Below are positions 1 to 7,724 of a stretch of DNA of 64,000 nucleotides, piece after piece (the stretch's first letter is position 1; each line of letters opens with the position of its first letter). A program made the translations under genes and the position numbers. Origin of the DNA: Escherichia phage vB_EfeM_pEP20; sequence record OQ743992; one strand, 5' to 3'. The notes beneath the pieces are model-generated. The model saw only the letters and a program-made list of their open reading frames with translations, was not told the origin of the DNA and did no database searches.

Positions 1-600
1 GGTAGCCCTTAACATCCCTGTAACATCCCCTTTGCAGAATTTTAAAATATCATTAACAATCTCTTAACAGTTACTACATCTTCTTAACAACTCTTCAGAG
101 GTCTTAACAGTCTCTTAACAGTTTTAACAAGGGGGGTAACAGTTTCTTAACAAGTGCTGAATAGTCTTTACAGAGGCTTAACAGATGACTAACAAGAGCT
201 AACAAGTTAATTTTAAAGAGTTATTTTGTTAAGATAATTAACAAGTTCCTAACAAGTGTTTAATCTTTTTAACAAGCTATTAACATGGTCACTATCTCTT
301 CTCTTATCGTTCCCTTTTCTCTCTTAGTGATTCTCTAAACATACCTCTTAAAAGCTCTCTATAGCTCCTTGTAAGCTCTTTTTAGTCTCTTCCTAGTTAC
401 TACACCCCAACTGTACAGATACCTTTTTATAGAGCTTTACAGGAGCTTTTAAGGCTATGCCAAAGGCTCTTACAAGGCTTTTACGTGGTCTTAACAGAGA
501 TTTAACAAGGGGCTAACAAGTTGCTAACAAGTGCCTTAAAAGCATAACTATGTAGGGGTTGTTAAGAAATTGTTAAGAAAATGTTAAGGGGGCTAGCATT
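1..600. repeat. Iteron-like noncoding block: about 25 direct copies of TAACA(A/G), mostly (c)TTAACA(a/g)g, spaced 10-20 bp; no credible ORF
   Basis: Read directly: ttaacag/ttaacaa/ctaacaag recur at ~11, 22, 53, 64, 84, 103, 114, 124, 137, 147, 178, 190, 200, 237, 249, 269, 279, 491, 504, 514, 524, 562, 572, 583. Confidence 0.6.
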
Positions 601-601
601 T

Positions 602-641
602 ACGTAACTTTTAAGCTATCTATCACGTAACTTTTAAGCTA
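602..641. repeat. Two direct copies of 17-bp ACGTAACTTTTAAGCTA separated by 6 bp
   Basis: Exact duplicate read in sequence. Confidence 0.55.
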
Positions 642-1010
642 CTTCAAAGTAACTTTATAGCCCCCTATAACATACTTTTTAGTGACTATCAAGGGGATTG
701 TTTAGTAGTTCACAAGATACTAGCCAACCTATTAGCTTACACCCTTATAAGATTCTTTTAAGCCTCTATAAAGCCCTGTAAAGAGCTTTTAAGGGTGAGT
801 TAATGCAATCCCTTAAGTTAGGTTGATAAGGCTGTTATAGCGCTTTATAGAGCGTTTAAATGGGCCATCCCCTTTCTGGGGTTATTGGCTTATATTTAAG
901 TTGATTTGATAAAAGGCTATAGAGTAGACTATAGAGTTATTGCTTTTAAGGTCTGATAAGATTCTAGAAAGGCGAGGGAAAGGAATTGTATAAGGCTATT
1001 ACATAGACGT

Positions 1011-1044
1011 AAAAAAAAAAAAAAGCCCCTATGAGAAGGAGCTT
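1011..1044 (-). terminator. Intrinsic terminator closing the early ORFan cluster (minus strand)
   Basis: Minus-strand RNA: 7-bp stem AGCUCCU/AGGGGCU (one G-U pair) followed by U14 (A14 run at 1011-1024 on plus strand). Confidence 0.6.
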
Positions 1045-1081
1045 TTCAGGTATCTGGGGCTATTTAGCCCCGTTGCGTCGA

Positions 1082-1330
1082 TTAGTTGCAACCTTGTTTA
1101 TTGTAGTACAGGGAGACAATCAAATCACCCCAATAATGGTAATGATACTCATCGTTCAACGCCTCTTTTACTGCATCTTTCCAGAAGTCATCAGTAGGGT
1201 TATAGTCTGGGATAACTTGCTTGATAACTGTCTTCACTAATGAAAAGCATTCATCAGTTCCACCAATATCAAATTTAACGTCCAGAGTGTAGCAGCCATA
1301 AGAATTTACAATTGCGCGGATAGTTGCCAT
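1082..1330 (-). CDS. Hypothetical early protein (82 aa)
   Basis: ATG 8 nt after GGAGA within conserved type-A cassette; ends just before terminator. Confidence 0.5.
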   Translation of the reverse strand: MATIRAIVNSYGCYTLDVKFDIGGTDECFSLVKTVIKQVIPDYNPTDDFWKDAVKEALNDEYHYHYWGDLIVSLYYNKQGCN

Positions 1331-1403
1331 TTTTTGAATCTCCTAGTTTAAGGACTTTATTTAGTGGGGAAGCTCATTCCCTCCCCGTTGATTAGTAATT
1401 TAC
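1331..1403 (-). repeat. Type-A intergenic cassette (stem-loop GGGGAGGGAATGAgCTTCCCC, then RBS GGAGA, then ATG)
   Basis: About 70-bp element, near-identical at 5 sites. Confidence 0.6.
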
Positions 1404-1930
1404 AGATTTTTGATTGTCTCGTCAATATCTTTTTCAATATCTTTTAAAGTTTTTTCTAAGTTCTTGATATTGAAAGTTAAACCTTCTCCCAGTGTCTTAG
1501 AGTAACCGCTAGGACGTAAATCATAAAGCTCGATTTCTTCCACTAGAGAAAGGTTAACAGTCCAGCCACCTATGCCGTAGGCCATTGAAACGGTATTTAC
1601 AGGGGCTTTATAGAACTTGTTCAAGGACTTGATAGAACGTTCATAAGCCATTTTATAACCATTTAAAAGGTTTTTAACGTGATTGTGAACGTTTTTACAA
1701 TCATCTAAGTAAAGACCTAAAAACATCGGGAGAAGTTCCGCGACAGCTTGCATAAAGTGAGAAACTACCACAGTAGAAACATTACGACGATGGACGTAAT
1801 AAGCCCCGTTTTCTGATTTGGTGATTGTTGCAAAATGTACACCATTACAACGGAATTCATAGGTATCTTTAACAGGCTTTGACATAACACTATTTGAACG
1901 AATGAAGTTGATAGCTTTGAACTTGTTCAT
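1400..1930 (-). CDS. Hypothetical early protein (176 aa)
   Basis: Start moved to ATG (MNKFK...) that sits in the cassette RBS context; the track's longer 5' extension runs through the cassette. Confidence 0.5.
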   Translation of the reverse strand: MNKFKAINFIRSNSVMSKPVKDTYEFRCNGVHFATITKSENGAYYVHRRNVSTVVVSHFMQAVAELLPMFLGLYLDDCKNVHNHVKNLLNGYKMAYERSIKSLNKFYKAPVNTVSMAYGIGGWTVNLSLVEEIELYDLRPSGYSKTLGEGLTFNIKNLEKTLKDIEKDIDETIKNL

Positions 1931-2001
1931 TTTTGAATCTCCTAGTTTAAGGACTTCACTTAGTGGGGAGGTTATTGCCTTCCCGTTGATTAGTAATTTA
2001 C
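1931..2001 (-). repeat. Type-A intergenic cassette (degenerate stem-loop variant)
   Basis: Sequence similarity to the other type-A copies. Confidence 0.5.
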
Positions 2002-2152
2002 TTGTTTTGATAGTTGATTGCAAGTAATTTTTTGAGCTTATCTATAAAGAATCTTTTAAGTTAATCCCTTTTAGATAAACCCCCTCGAACAAAGTTACCA
2101 ATGTCAAGAGGGATTGTCAACATCTTTTTAAAAGTTTTTTGTAAGTTATTGA

Positions 2153-2494
2153 TTAACTGATGAATATTTTTTCAGGCTTTACATAGCTGATACGCTGACT
2201 TTTTAGCAGGCTATCCCATAACAAGGCGGCAATGTGCCCATATCCGGCCTCACGCAGCCCCTTCATCGTTTCAACTCGACTCTCAAAACGATTTGCGTAA
2301 TACTCGCTATTAAGTGTCGTTTTGTTCCCTTCGTTATCTGTATGGATGATTTGCATCACTTGAAAGGGGCTGACATCCTCGCCTTTGTTCCACTGCTCAA
2401 AGTATTTTAGGCACTGCATAGGTGACATCTTATCACTTACTTGAGTTGACCAAGATGAATCTTCTTTATCGGTAATTACAGTTACATAAGCCAT
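2153..2494 (-). CDS. Hypothetical early protein (113 aa)
   Basis: ORF plus cassette RBS. Confidence 0.5.
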   Translation of the reverse strand: MAYVTVITDKEDSSWSTQVSDKMSPMQCLKYFEQWNKGEDVSPFQVMQIIHTDNEGNKTTLNSEYYANRFESRVETMKGLREAGYGHIAALLWDSLLKSQRISYVKPEKIFIS

Positions 2495-2566
2495 TTTAGA
2501 ATCTCCTAGTTTAAGGATTTTATTTAGTGGGGAAGGTCATTCCCTCCCCGTTGATTGACAATTTAC
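2495..2566 (-). repeat. Type-A intergenic cassette
   Basis: ggggaaggtcattccctcccc hairpin plus GGAGA RBS. Confidence 0.6.
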
Positions 2567-2585
2567 AGATTTTTATCAGGCTTGT

Positions 2586-2819
2586 CTAGTCTTTTTCAAT
2601 GATAATTTCATATTGACCATCGACACTGTCAAAATAGACGCCGTCTTCATCTTCTGTCTTAAAGTAGCATTGAATATCATCACTGGCGGGATAGTCTTGT
2701 CTTGCTATCTGGCAAACTTGAATAGCATTTTCTTTACTCCCTGTAAACTCCTCAAGCCCTTTAAAATCACATGAATGACCATTACAAATAGAAAGGATAA
2801 GATAAACGGTTGTAAGCAT
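2586..2819 (-). CDS. Hypothetical small protein with hydrophobic N-terminus (77 aa)
   Basis: ORF; N-terminal MLTTVYLILSICNG; no cassette upstream. Confidence 0.4.
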   Translation of the reverse strand: MLTTVYLILSICNGHSCDFKGLEEFTGSKENAIQVCQIARQDYPASDDIQCYFKTEDEDGVYFDSVDGQYEIIIEKD

Positions 2820-2882
2820 GATTTAAGCCCTTTAAATGGCCCTGTATGGGCCTTAAGTTGGAAGTTGGTGTCTTTGTACTGA

Positions 2883-3446
2883 TTAACCTAAAAAGTCTTT
2901 TAAATTGCGCTCTGTGATGTTTGCCGTGATTTTATCCAGCAAGTCACAAAACACGGAACTATCACCGCTATTCTGTACAATTTTCGCCATACTTAACAAA
3001 TCATCGTCAACATAGCCTAAATTGCGGTTAGTTGCATCTGGTACAAAGAAAGGTGCATACATCGCACTAAATTTCGTCGAGTGAAGGCCAATAATCCAAT
3101 TTTTATCAAAGTGTCCGGTAAAGCTGGCGATATCGCTCATGTTGTCACAAGAATAATCATCCTCTAGCTCTTCCTCTGGGATATCCATCTCAATGACAAT
3201 TACGTCCTGCGTTTCCATTTGGAAAGCTGCCGTAATAAGCCCAGATTCTAAAGCGTTTTGAATGCAGCGTTCACGAATGTAAGAATCTTCCTCATCTTCC
3301 AGACATTCCGTTTTGATAATCTTGTTCATTGGGTAAACGTAGAAACAATCATCCATGTAGGAGCAGTTCCAGATTCCTTCTGGCTTGTCACCACCATTCA
3401 GCAAGTTTACAAAGTTTTTGAGGGTAGTGCCGTGATAGCATTTCAT
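2883..3446 (-). CDS. Putative PARP/diphtheria-toxin-like (H-Y-E class) ADP-ribosyltransferase-like protein (187 aa); tentative
   Basis: N-terminal YHGTTLKNFVNLLNGG resembles PARP HGSRTTNFAGILSQG and toxin SYHGT; followed by SYMDDCFYVY (compare YMFGKGIYF) and a candidate catalytic Glu in VIVIEMD; type-B cassette upstream. Confidence 0.4.
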   Translation of the reverse strand: MKCYHGTTLKNFVNLLNGGDKPEGIWNCSYMDDCFYVYPMNKIIKTECLEDEEDSYIRERCIQNALESGLITAAFQMETQDVIVIEMDIPEEELEDDYSCDNMSDIASFTGHFDKNWIIGLHSTKFSAMYAPFFVPDATNRNLGYVDDDLLSMAKIVQNSGDSSVFCDLLDKITANITERNLKDFLG

Positions 3447-3538
3447 TTTTGAATCTCCAGTTTAGGATTTAGCGGTAAAGCTCTTTATCTGGGGCTTAAG
3501 ATATCAACTTTTAAGCCCCCTGTAAAGTACTTTATTAC
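3447..3538 (-). repeat. Type-B intergenic cassette (palindrome GTAAAGTACTTTAC, hairpin GGGGCTTAA...TTAAGCCCC, RBS)
   Basis: About 90-bp element found at 6 sites. Confidence 0.6.
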
Positions 3539-3736
3539 TTAATTTTTGACAACTTTTAAAACTGCAAGATAACCTAAGCAATAAGAATCACCGAAGAGAG
3601 TTCTACCCATGAAAGAATCCTCTTTGATATCCTTTGCAGTGACAGTTTTTTCTACGCCGTGGGAAAGGACTACATCACCAACTTTGATGTCTTTGATGTG
3701 TGTTGTTTCAATGGTTAAGCCGTTAATAATAGCCAT
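3539..3736 (-). CDS. Hypothetical early protein (65 aa)
   Basis: ORF plus type-A cassette RBS. Confidence 0.45.
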   Translation of the reverse strand: MAIINGLTIETTHIKDIKVGDVVLSHGVEKTVTAKDIKEDSFMGRTLFGDSYCLGYLAVLKVVKN

Positions 3737-3808
3737 TTTAGAATCTCCTAGTTTAAGGACTTTATTTAGTGGGGAAGGTCATTCCCTCCCCGTTGATTAG
3801 TAATTTAC
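3737..3808 (-). repeat. Type-A intergenic cassette
   Basis: Near-identical to the 2495-2566 copy. Confidence 0.6.
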
Positions 3809-3839
3809 TTGTTTTAAAAACCAAAATCAAGAGGAATTT

Positions 3840-4244
3840 TTATAGTTCTGCGTAAATTGCGTCACAGATATCACGAAAATCATGATTTGTTAAATTACGT
3901 TGCAACCATGTTGCGAAAAAGTCAGCGATTGCAAAATTTGCGTCATACTCGACAGATAACCACACTTTAACAGCAAAACGAAACATTTTTAAATCAAGCT
4001 CTTTATTCATTACCTTAGATTTGCCTAACATGTCAGCCATTTCATATTGTGCACCGTCTAGCGTGATACCTGCTGCAACGTCAGCCAGTGAGTTTTTTAC
4101 GTTTTCAACGTCTAAGATAACACTTTGAATCTTCCCGATAATGTTGTGCAATGTCTCATCCGGTGCTGATGATGTAATAACATTAATCCGATTAACGGTC
4201 AAACGTGCTTTTAAGATTGATAACTCACGGTTATTAATAGCCAT
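3840..4244 (-). CDS. Hypothetical early protein (134 aa)
   Basis: ORF plus type-B cassette RBS. Confidence 0.5.
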   Translation of the reverse strand: MAINNRELSILKARLTVNRINVITSSAPDETLHNIIGKIQSVILDVENVKNSLADVAAGITLDGAQYEMADMLGKSKVMNKELDLKMFRFAVKVWLSVEYDANFAIADFFATWLQRNLTNHDFRDICDAIYAEL

Positions 4245-4329
4245 TTTAGAATCTCCAATTTAGGATTGAGTGATAAAGCTCTTTATCTGGGGCTTACTTT
4301 ATCGAACTATAAGCCCCTTGTAAAGTACT
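4245..4329 (-). repeat. Type-B intergenic cassette (variant loop)
   Basis: ggggcttactttatcgaactataagcccc hairpin plus gtaaagtactttat. Confidence 0.55.
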
Positions 4330-4602
4330 TTATGCTAAATGCAGCTTTTTGCCTTTTACTATGATGTAACTTGATGCACTATTGCCGCATACATCTTGAT
4401 AAATTCTACGCAAACGGCCTTCGTAGTATACTTTCCAGCTAGTTGGAATCTTTTTCCCGTATCCGGTAGCAGTTTTTTGGAATCCTGCAAGTTGCCAATC
4501 CAAAATGTGCTGTTCAGCTTGTAAATCCTCGAAGTGCATTACACCGTTCACATAGTGGCGTAGGGTTACGTTTAGAGTGCGACTGTTGTTAGCAGTATAC
4601 AT
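4330..4602 (-). CDS. Hypothetical early protein (90 aa)
   Basis: Start moved to ATG (MYTANN...) directly after a cassette-type GGAGA RBS. Confidence 0.45.
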   Translation of the reverse strand: MYTANNSRTLNVTLRHYVNGVMHFEDLQAEQHILDWQLAGFQKTATGYGKKIPTSWKVYYEGRLRRIYQDVCGNSASSYIIVKGKKLHLA

Positions 4603-4627
4603 TCTAGAATCTCCTAGTTTAAGGATT

Positions 4628-4786
4628 TTATTTTGACAGTTCACTAATTAAGACATCAAAGATTATATCATTATCTGCTACAGTTGCAACACCAGTGATA
4701 TAATCAATTTCTAAGATAACAACAACTTTCGTACATAAACCGTCATCTATATCATTCCAGACAACTTTATCACCTGCACAAAACAT
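4628..4786 (-). CDS. Small hypothetical protein (52 aa), absent from the ORF track (below its size cutoff)
   Basis: Hand translation MFCAGDKVVWNDIDDGLCTKVVVILEIDYITGVATVADNDIIFDVLISELSK; ATG preceded by type-A cassette RBS. Confidence 0.35.
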   Translation of the reverse strand: MFCAGDKVVWNDIDDGLCTKVVVILEIDYITGVATVADNDIIFDVLISELSK

Positions 4787-4856
4787 TTTTAGATTCTCCA
4801 GTTTAGGACTTTATTTAGTGGGGAAGGTCATTCCCGCCCCGTTGATGTGTAATTTA
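4787..4856 (-). repeat. Type-A intergenic cassette
   Basis: ggggaaggtcattcccgcccc hairpin plus RBS. Confidence 0.55.
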
Positions 4857-4875
4857 ATCTATCTGAAAACCAGTG

Positions 4876-5208
4876 TCAACAGTTTTGTTTTCGTTTGTTC
4901 AGTTCTTGGACAATTACAGTGTAATAGTCTTTTAAGTCACTGATATTTAAAGCATTTATCAGAGAGTTATAATCATCGACAAGCTGAAAATCATCTTTGA
5001 AAATGTCGCTGATTTGATAAGTTTTTGATTGAAATCTGAAGCTCATTTCTAACCGTTTTATTTGTTCATCACTTAAACGCTCCAGAAAACTCATTACAAG
5101 GCTATTATTGACCTGTTGCGTGATTGCCTTACTTGCCAGATTGTAGGCGCTGTACGCCTTATATAGCGCCATAATAGCAATGATTGCAGTGACTCCCATC
5201 ATTAACAT
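4876..5208 (-). CDS. Hypothetical membrane protein (110 aa, N-terminal TM helix)
   Basis: ORF; hydrophobic MLMMGVTAIIAIMALY; start overlaps the stop of the upstream gene. Confidence 0.45.
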   Translation of the reverse strand: MLMMGVTAIIAIMALYKAYSAYNLASKAITQQVNNSLVMSFLERLSDEQIKRLEMSFRFQSKTYQISDIFKDDFQLVDDYNSLINALNISDLKDYYTVIVQELNKRKQNC

Positions 5209-5498
5209 GGTGTTACCTCTTTACGTGACACTTTGCCATTTACAGTTATCTCATAGGATTCTAATAAATCGCTTTTAGACTTTACAGGACTTTTAAAAGT
5301 ATCATCATAGATATTAACTTGCAATACAGGTTTTTTATACTCCCTGCAACTATTCCATAAGCAAATCACTACACGACGGCCTTTTATTTTGCCGTGTAAC
5401 CATTCCATAACATCATGACTATTCCTTGATGTCTCGATAAAATCGATTTTATTGAGTAATTTGCTAAGGTTTTCCCTAACTTTATTTGATAATTTCAT
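5202..5498 (-). CDS. Hypothetical early protein (98 aa)
   Basis: ORF plus type-B cassette RBS. Confidence 0.5.
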   Translation of the reverse strand: MKLSNKVRENLSKLLNKIDFIETSRNSHDVMEWLHGKIKGRRVVICLWNSCREYKKPVLQVNIYDDTFKSPVKSKSDLLESYEITVNGKVSRKEVTPC

Positions 5499-5590
5499 TT
5501 TAGAATCTCCTAGTTTAAGGGTTTTATTTGATAAATCTCTTTATCTGGGGCTATCCTACCAGCTTGATAGCCCCGTGTAAAGAGGTCTAT
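5499..5590 (-). repeat. Type-B intergenic cassette (variant)
   Basis: ggggctatcctaccagcttgatagcccc hairpin plus RBS. Confidence 0.5.
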
Positions 5591-6103
5591 TTAGTCCTTA
5601 AAGATATTCATCACTGAATCTTTTAATGCTTCCAAGCGTTCTAATACTTCAGATTCTGCGTCTGCGTTGTTCACTTCCTCTTTTAGTCTGCCATCTAAAT
5701 CATCGCCGTCACTGTAGCACCAATCGAAAGCATAACCAATATAAAAACTGTCTAAAACAGTGTTACCATCTGCATCTACAACTTTCGCGGCAATGTTATA
5801 CTCTGAAGCCTCTAAATCTCTTTCTAGTTCTTTCTGTAAGCTGGTGTAAGCCTCTTTTGATGGATTTTCCCGACCTTGTTTTGCATAGTCACTAGAAAGC
5901 TGTTTAAGGCTGTAATGTAAAGGGATTGCATATTTAAATTCATTATGCTGATGGTTGGGATTTTTAATAGTTACACCGCCTTGATGGTCATCTGTAAACT
6001 GCCAATTATCAAGATTATGGCTTGCTTCAAAGCAGTTTACAGCTTCATAGATGATAGAAAATTTTTCTTTTACAACTTCAAAGGTAGCGTCTACAGTTTT
6101 CAT
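5591..6103 (-). CDS. Hypothetical early protein (170 aa, acidic C-terminus)
   Basis: ORF plus type-B cassette RBS. Confidence 0.5.
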   Translation of the reverse strand: MKTVDATFEVVKEKFSIIYEAVNCFEASHNLDNWQFTDDHQGGVTIKNPNHQHNEFKYAIPLHYSLKQLSSDYAKQGRENPSKEAYTSLQKELERDLEASEYNIAAKVVDADGNTVLDSFYIGYAFDWCYSDGDDLDGRLKEEVNNADAESEVLERLEALKDSVMNIFKD

Positions 6104-6193
6104 TTTTGAATCTCCTAGTTTAAGGATTGAGTGGTAAAGCTCTTTATCTGGGGCTTAAGATATCAGCTTTTAAGCCCCCTGTAAAGTACTTTA
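6104..6193 (-). repeat. Type-B intergenic cassette
   Basis: Same element as 3447-3538. Confidence 0.6.
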
Positions 6194-6451
6194 TCAGATT
6201 AAATTGCCAGTTAATGATAAGTGCATTTTATAGCCTTTTTTGGTAAACACGTTCACTTTACCGAGTGATTTTACACCTTTAAAAAGATTGTTTGAACTGC
6301 GTTTTAAGGTTATTTGCTTATCAGCCTTCACGCTCCACCTTACAGCAGATTGTTTTCCGTTGTCAACAACTTTCCCGCCTAACTTTTTCGCCATGATGCG
6401 AGCGTCATCACGAGTTTTTGCAGGAACTACAACGTTTTTGATAATAGCCAT
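6194..6451 (-). CDS. Hypothetical basic protein (85 aa)
   Basis: ORF plus type-B cassette RBS. Confidence 0.5.
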   Translation of the reverse strand: MAIIKNVVVPAKTRDDARIMAKKLGGKVVDNGKQSAVRWSVKADKQITLKRSSNNLFKGVKSLGKVNVFTKKGYKMHLSLTGNLI

Positions 6452-6539
6452 TTTAGAATCTCCAATTTAGGATTGAGTGATAAAGCTCTTTATCTGGGGC
6501 TTACTTTATCGAACTATAAGCCCCTTGTAAAGTACTTTA
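6452..6539 (-). repeat. Type-B intergenic cassette
   Basis: Near-identical to 4245-4329. Confidence 0.6.
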
Positions 6540-6920
6540 TCAGTTAATTTTGAATATTGTCACATAACCATCACTACCAATTATTTGAGACGCTCCAGCT
6601 TTCTCCACTGAATAGCCCATATTTTCAAGATGGTAAACAGCATCATCATAACCATATGCGCCACCTTGATAACGTCTCTTATTGCAGCTTATCAGGTTTT
6701 TACCACGTCCAGCAAGTGCATTCAATACGGCTTTTTCACTTGATAGCGTACCATCTAACATGGTTGCCGTGTAATGGTTGATTTTATTCCCGTTAATATC
6801 ATACTTAAAATTGAATGCGTGAACAACAATCAATTTGCCGTTAAATTTTTCATCAAGTGACTTCTCCAGTGCGTTGCGGAAGTTGTCTTTGTTGATGAAT
6901 TTCGGTGCACGATAAGCCAT
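6540..6920 (-). CDS. Hypothetical early protein (126 aa)
   Basis: ORF plus type-B cassette RBS. Confidence 0.5.
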   Translation of the reverse strand: MAYRAPKFINKDNFRNALEKSLDEKFNGKLIVVHAFNFKYDINGNKINHYTATMLDGTLSSEKAVLNALAGRGKNLISCNKRRYQGGAYGYDDAVYHLENMGYSVEKAGASQIIGSDGYVTIFKIN

Positions 6921-7009
6921 TTTTGAATCTCCTAGTTTAAGGTTAATGTAGTAAAGCTCTTTATCTGGGGCTTAAGATATCAGCTTTTAAGCCCCCTGTA
7001 AAGTACTTT
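6921..7009 (-). repeat. Type-B intergenic cassette
   Basis: Same element as 6104-6193. Confidence 0.6.
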
Positions 7010-7216
7010 TTATTTATCGTAGTAGTAAATTGCTGTCTGTCTTGTAAACTTCTTAGTGTTTCTTGTAAGGTAGCAATTAGAATTAATAGCCGTTTCTACA
7101 TAGTTGCAATAGTCGGCTTCTGATATTCTGGACCATACGCCACAGATTTTCATGTAAAAACGTTTTGCCTTTGTGTTAACGTTAGTTGTAACCATTAATT
7201 CACGATAGTAAGTCAT
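7010..7216 (-). CDS. Hypothetical early protein (68 aa)
   Basis: ORF; RBS ggaga plus a different upstream hairpin. Confidence 0.45.
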   Translation of the reverse strand: MTYYRELMVTTNVNTKAKRFYMKICGVWSRISEADYCNYVETAINSNCYLTRNTKKFTRQTAIYYYDK

Positions 7217-7472
7217 TTTTGGATTCTCCAGTTTAGGAAGTGGGCTGGCTTGCCCGTCTGATGCAAATATTAGATAACCATACTCAAAGAGTCAATAGGA
7301 ATTTTAAAAATATTTTTGCAAAAAACTGTAATGAAACGGGCGCACGCGACTACCACAAAACAGAACTACAATCAAGAATTATTTTTCAATCAGCTACAAA
7401 TTTTTCTGTTGACTTTTCTTTTCAGATGTGGTAGCCTTGTGAGAAATGGCGACATCCCCACCTGCACCCACC

Positions 7473-7651
7473 TACCTGCACAATTCTAAAATGATTTTTC
7501 TTGCCCGACCTGAGCGGGGTCTGCACGTTTTGAAAATAAAAAAACCCTTTGGAGATTACCTGCACAGTTTGAAAATGAATTTTCTCTTTGGAGTTCAAAA
7601 TTTTCTCTATAGATTTCTCTACAGAACTCTACCTGCACAAATCTGAAATGA
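7473..7651. promoter_or_regulatory. Three direct copies of 22-bp motif TACCTGCACA(a/g)(a/t)T(c/t)TGAAAATGA at ~7473, 7557 and 7630, in a 500-bp intergenic region
   Basis: Read directly; about 80-bp spacing; candidate promoter or operator sites between two minus-strand gene blocks. Confidence 0.4.
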
Positions 7652-7724
7652 AAAAGCCCTCCTTACCTGAAAAATTTACCAGATAAGAAAGGCTTAGTCT
7701 ATTGTGAATATACTACGAAGTTTC

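Noticed and set aside
1031-1240. Plus-strand ORF (69 aa) overlapping the terminator and the minus-strand gene 1082-1330
   Set aside because: Antisense to a cassette-supported gene and starts inside the terminator hairpin; no RBS; likely a frame artifact.
1931-2023. 5' extension of ORF 1400-2023 given by the track (207 aa)
   Set aside because: The extension runs through the conserved intergenic cassette; the internal ATG sits in the same RBS context as every other cassette gene.
2883-3446. 2H-phosphoesterase (Acb1/LigT-like) interpretation based on HGT and HST triads
   Set aside because: 2H motifs normally have hydrophobic residues flanking H-x-T/S; the N-terminal HGT with NF..LL..GG context fits the PARP/toxin NAD+-binding signature better. 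Kept only as an alternative.
3258-6781. Plus-strand ORFs 3258-3452, 3609-3800, 5626-5895, 6240-6470, 6557-6781 inside the early cluster
   Set aside because: All are antisense to minus-strand genes that have conserved RBS cassettes; no start context of their own.
7240-7646. Plus-strand ORFs 7240-7434 and 7446-7646 in the long intergenic region
   Set aside because: They span the triplicated 22-bp motif and hairpins, have no RBS and low-complexity translations; the region is better explained as regulatory.
7217-7724. tRNA gene(s) in this or other intergenic regions
   Set aside because: No cloverleaf-compatible segment or GTTCGAATC-like T-loop recognised by eye; cannot be excluded without a tRNA search tool.
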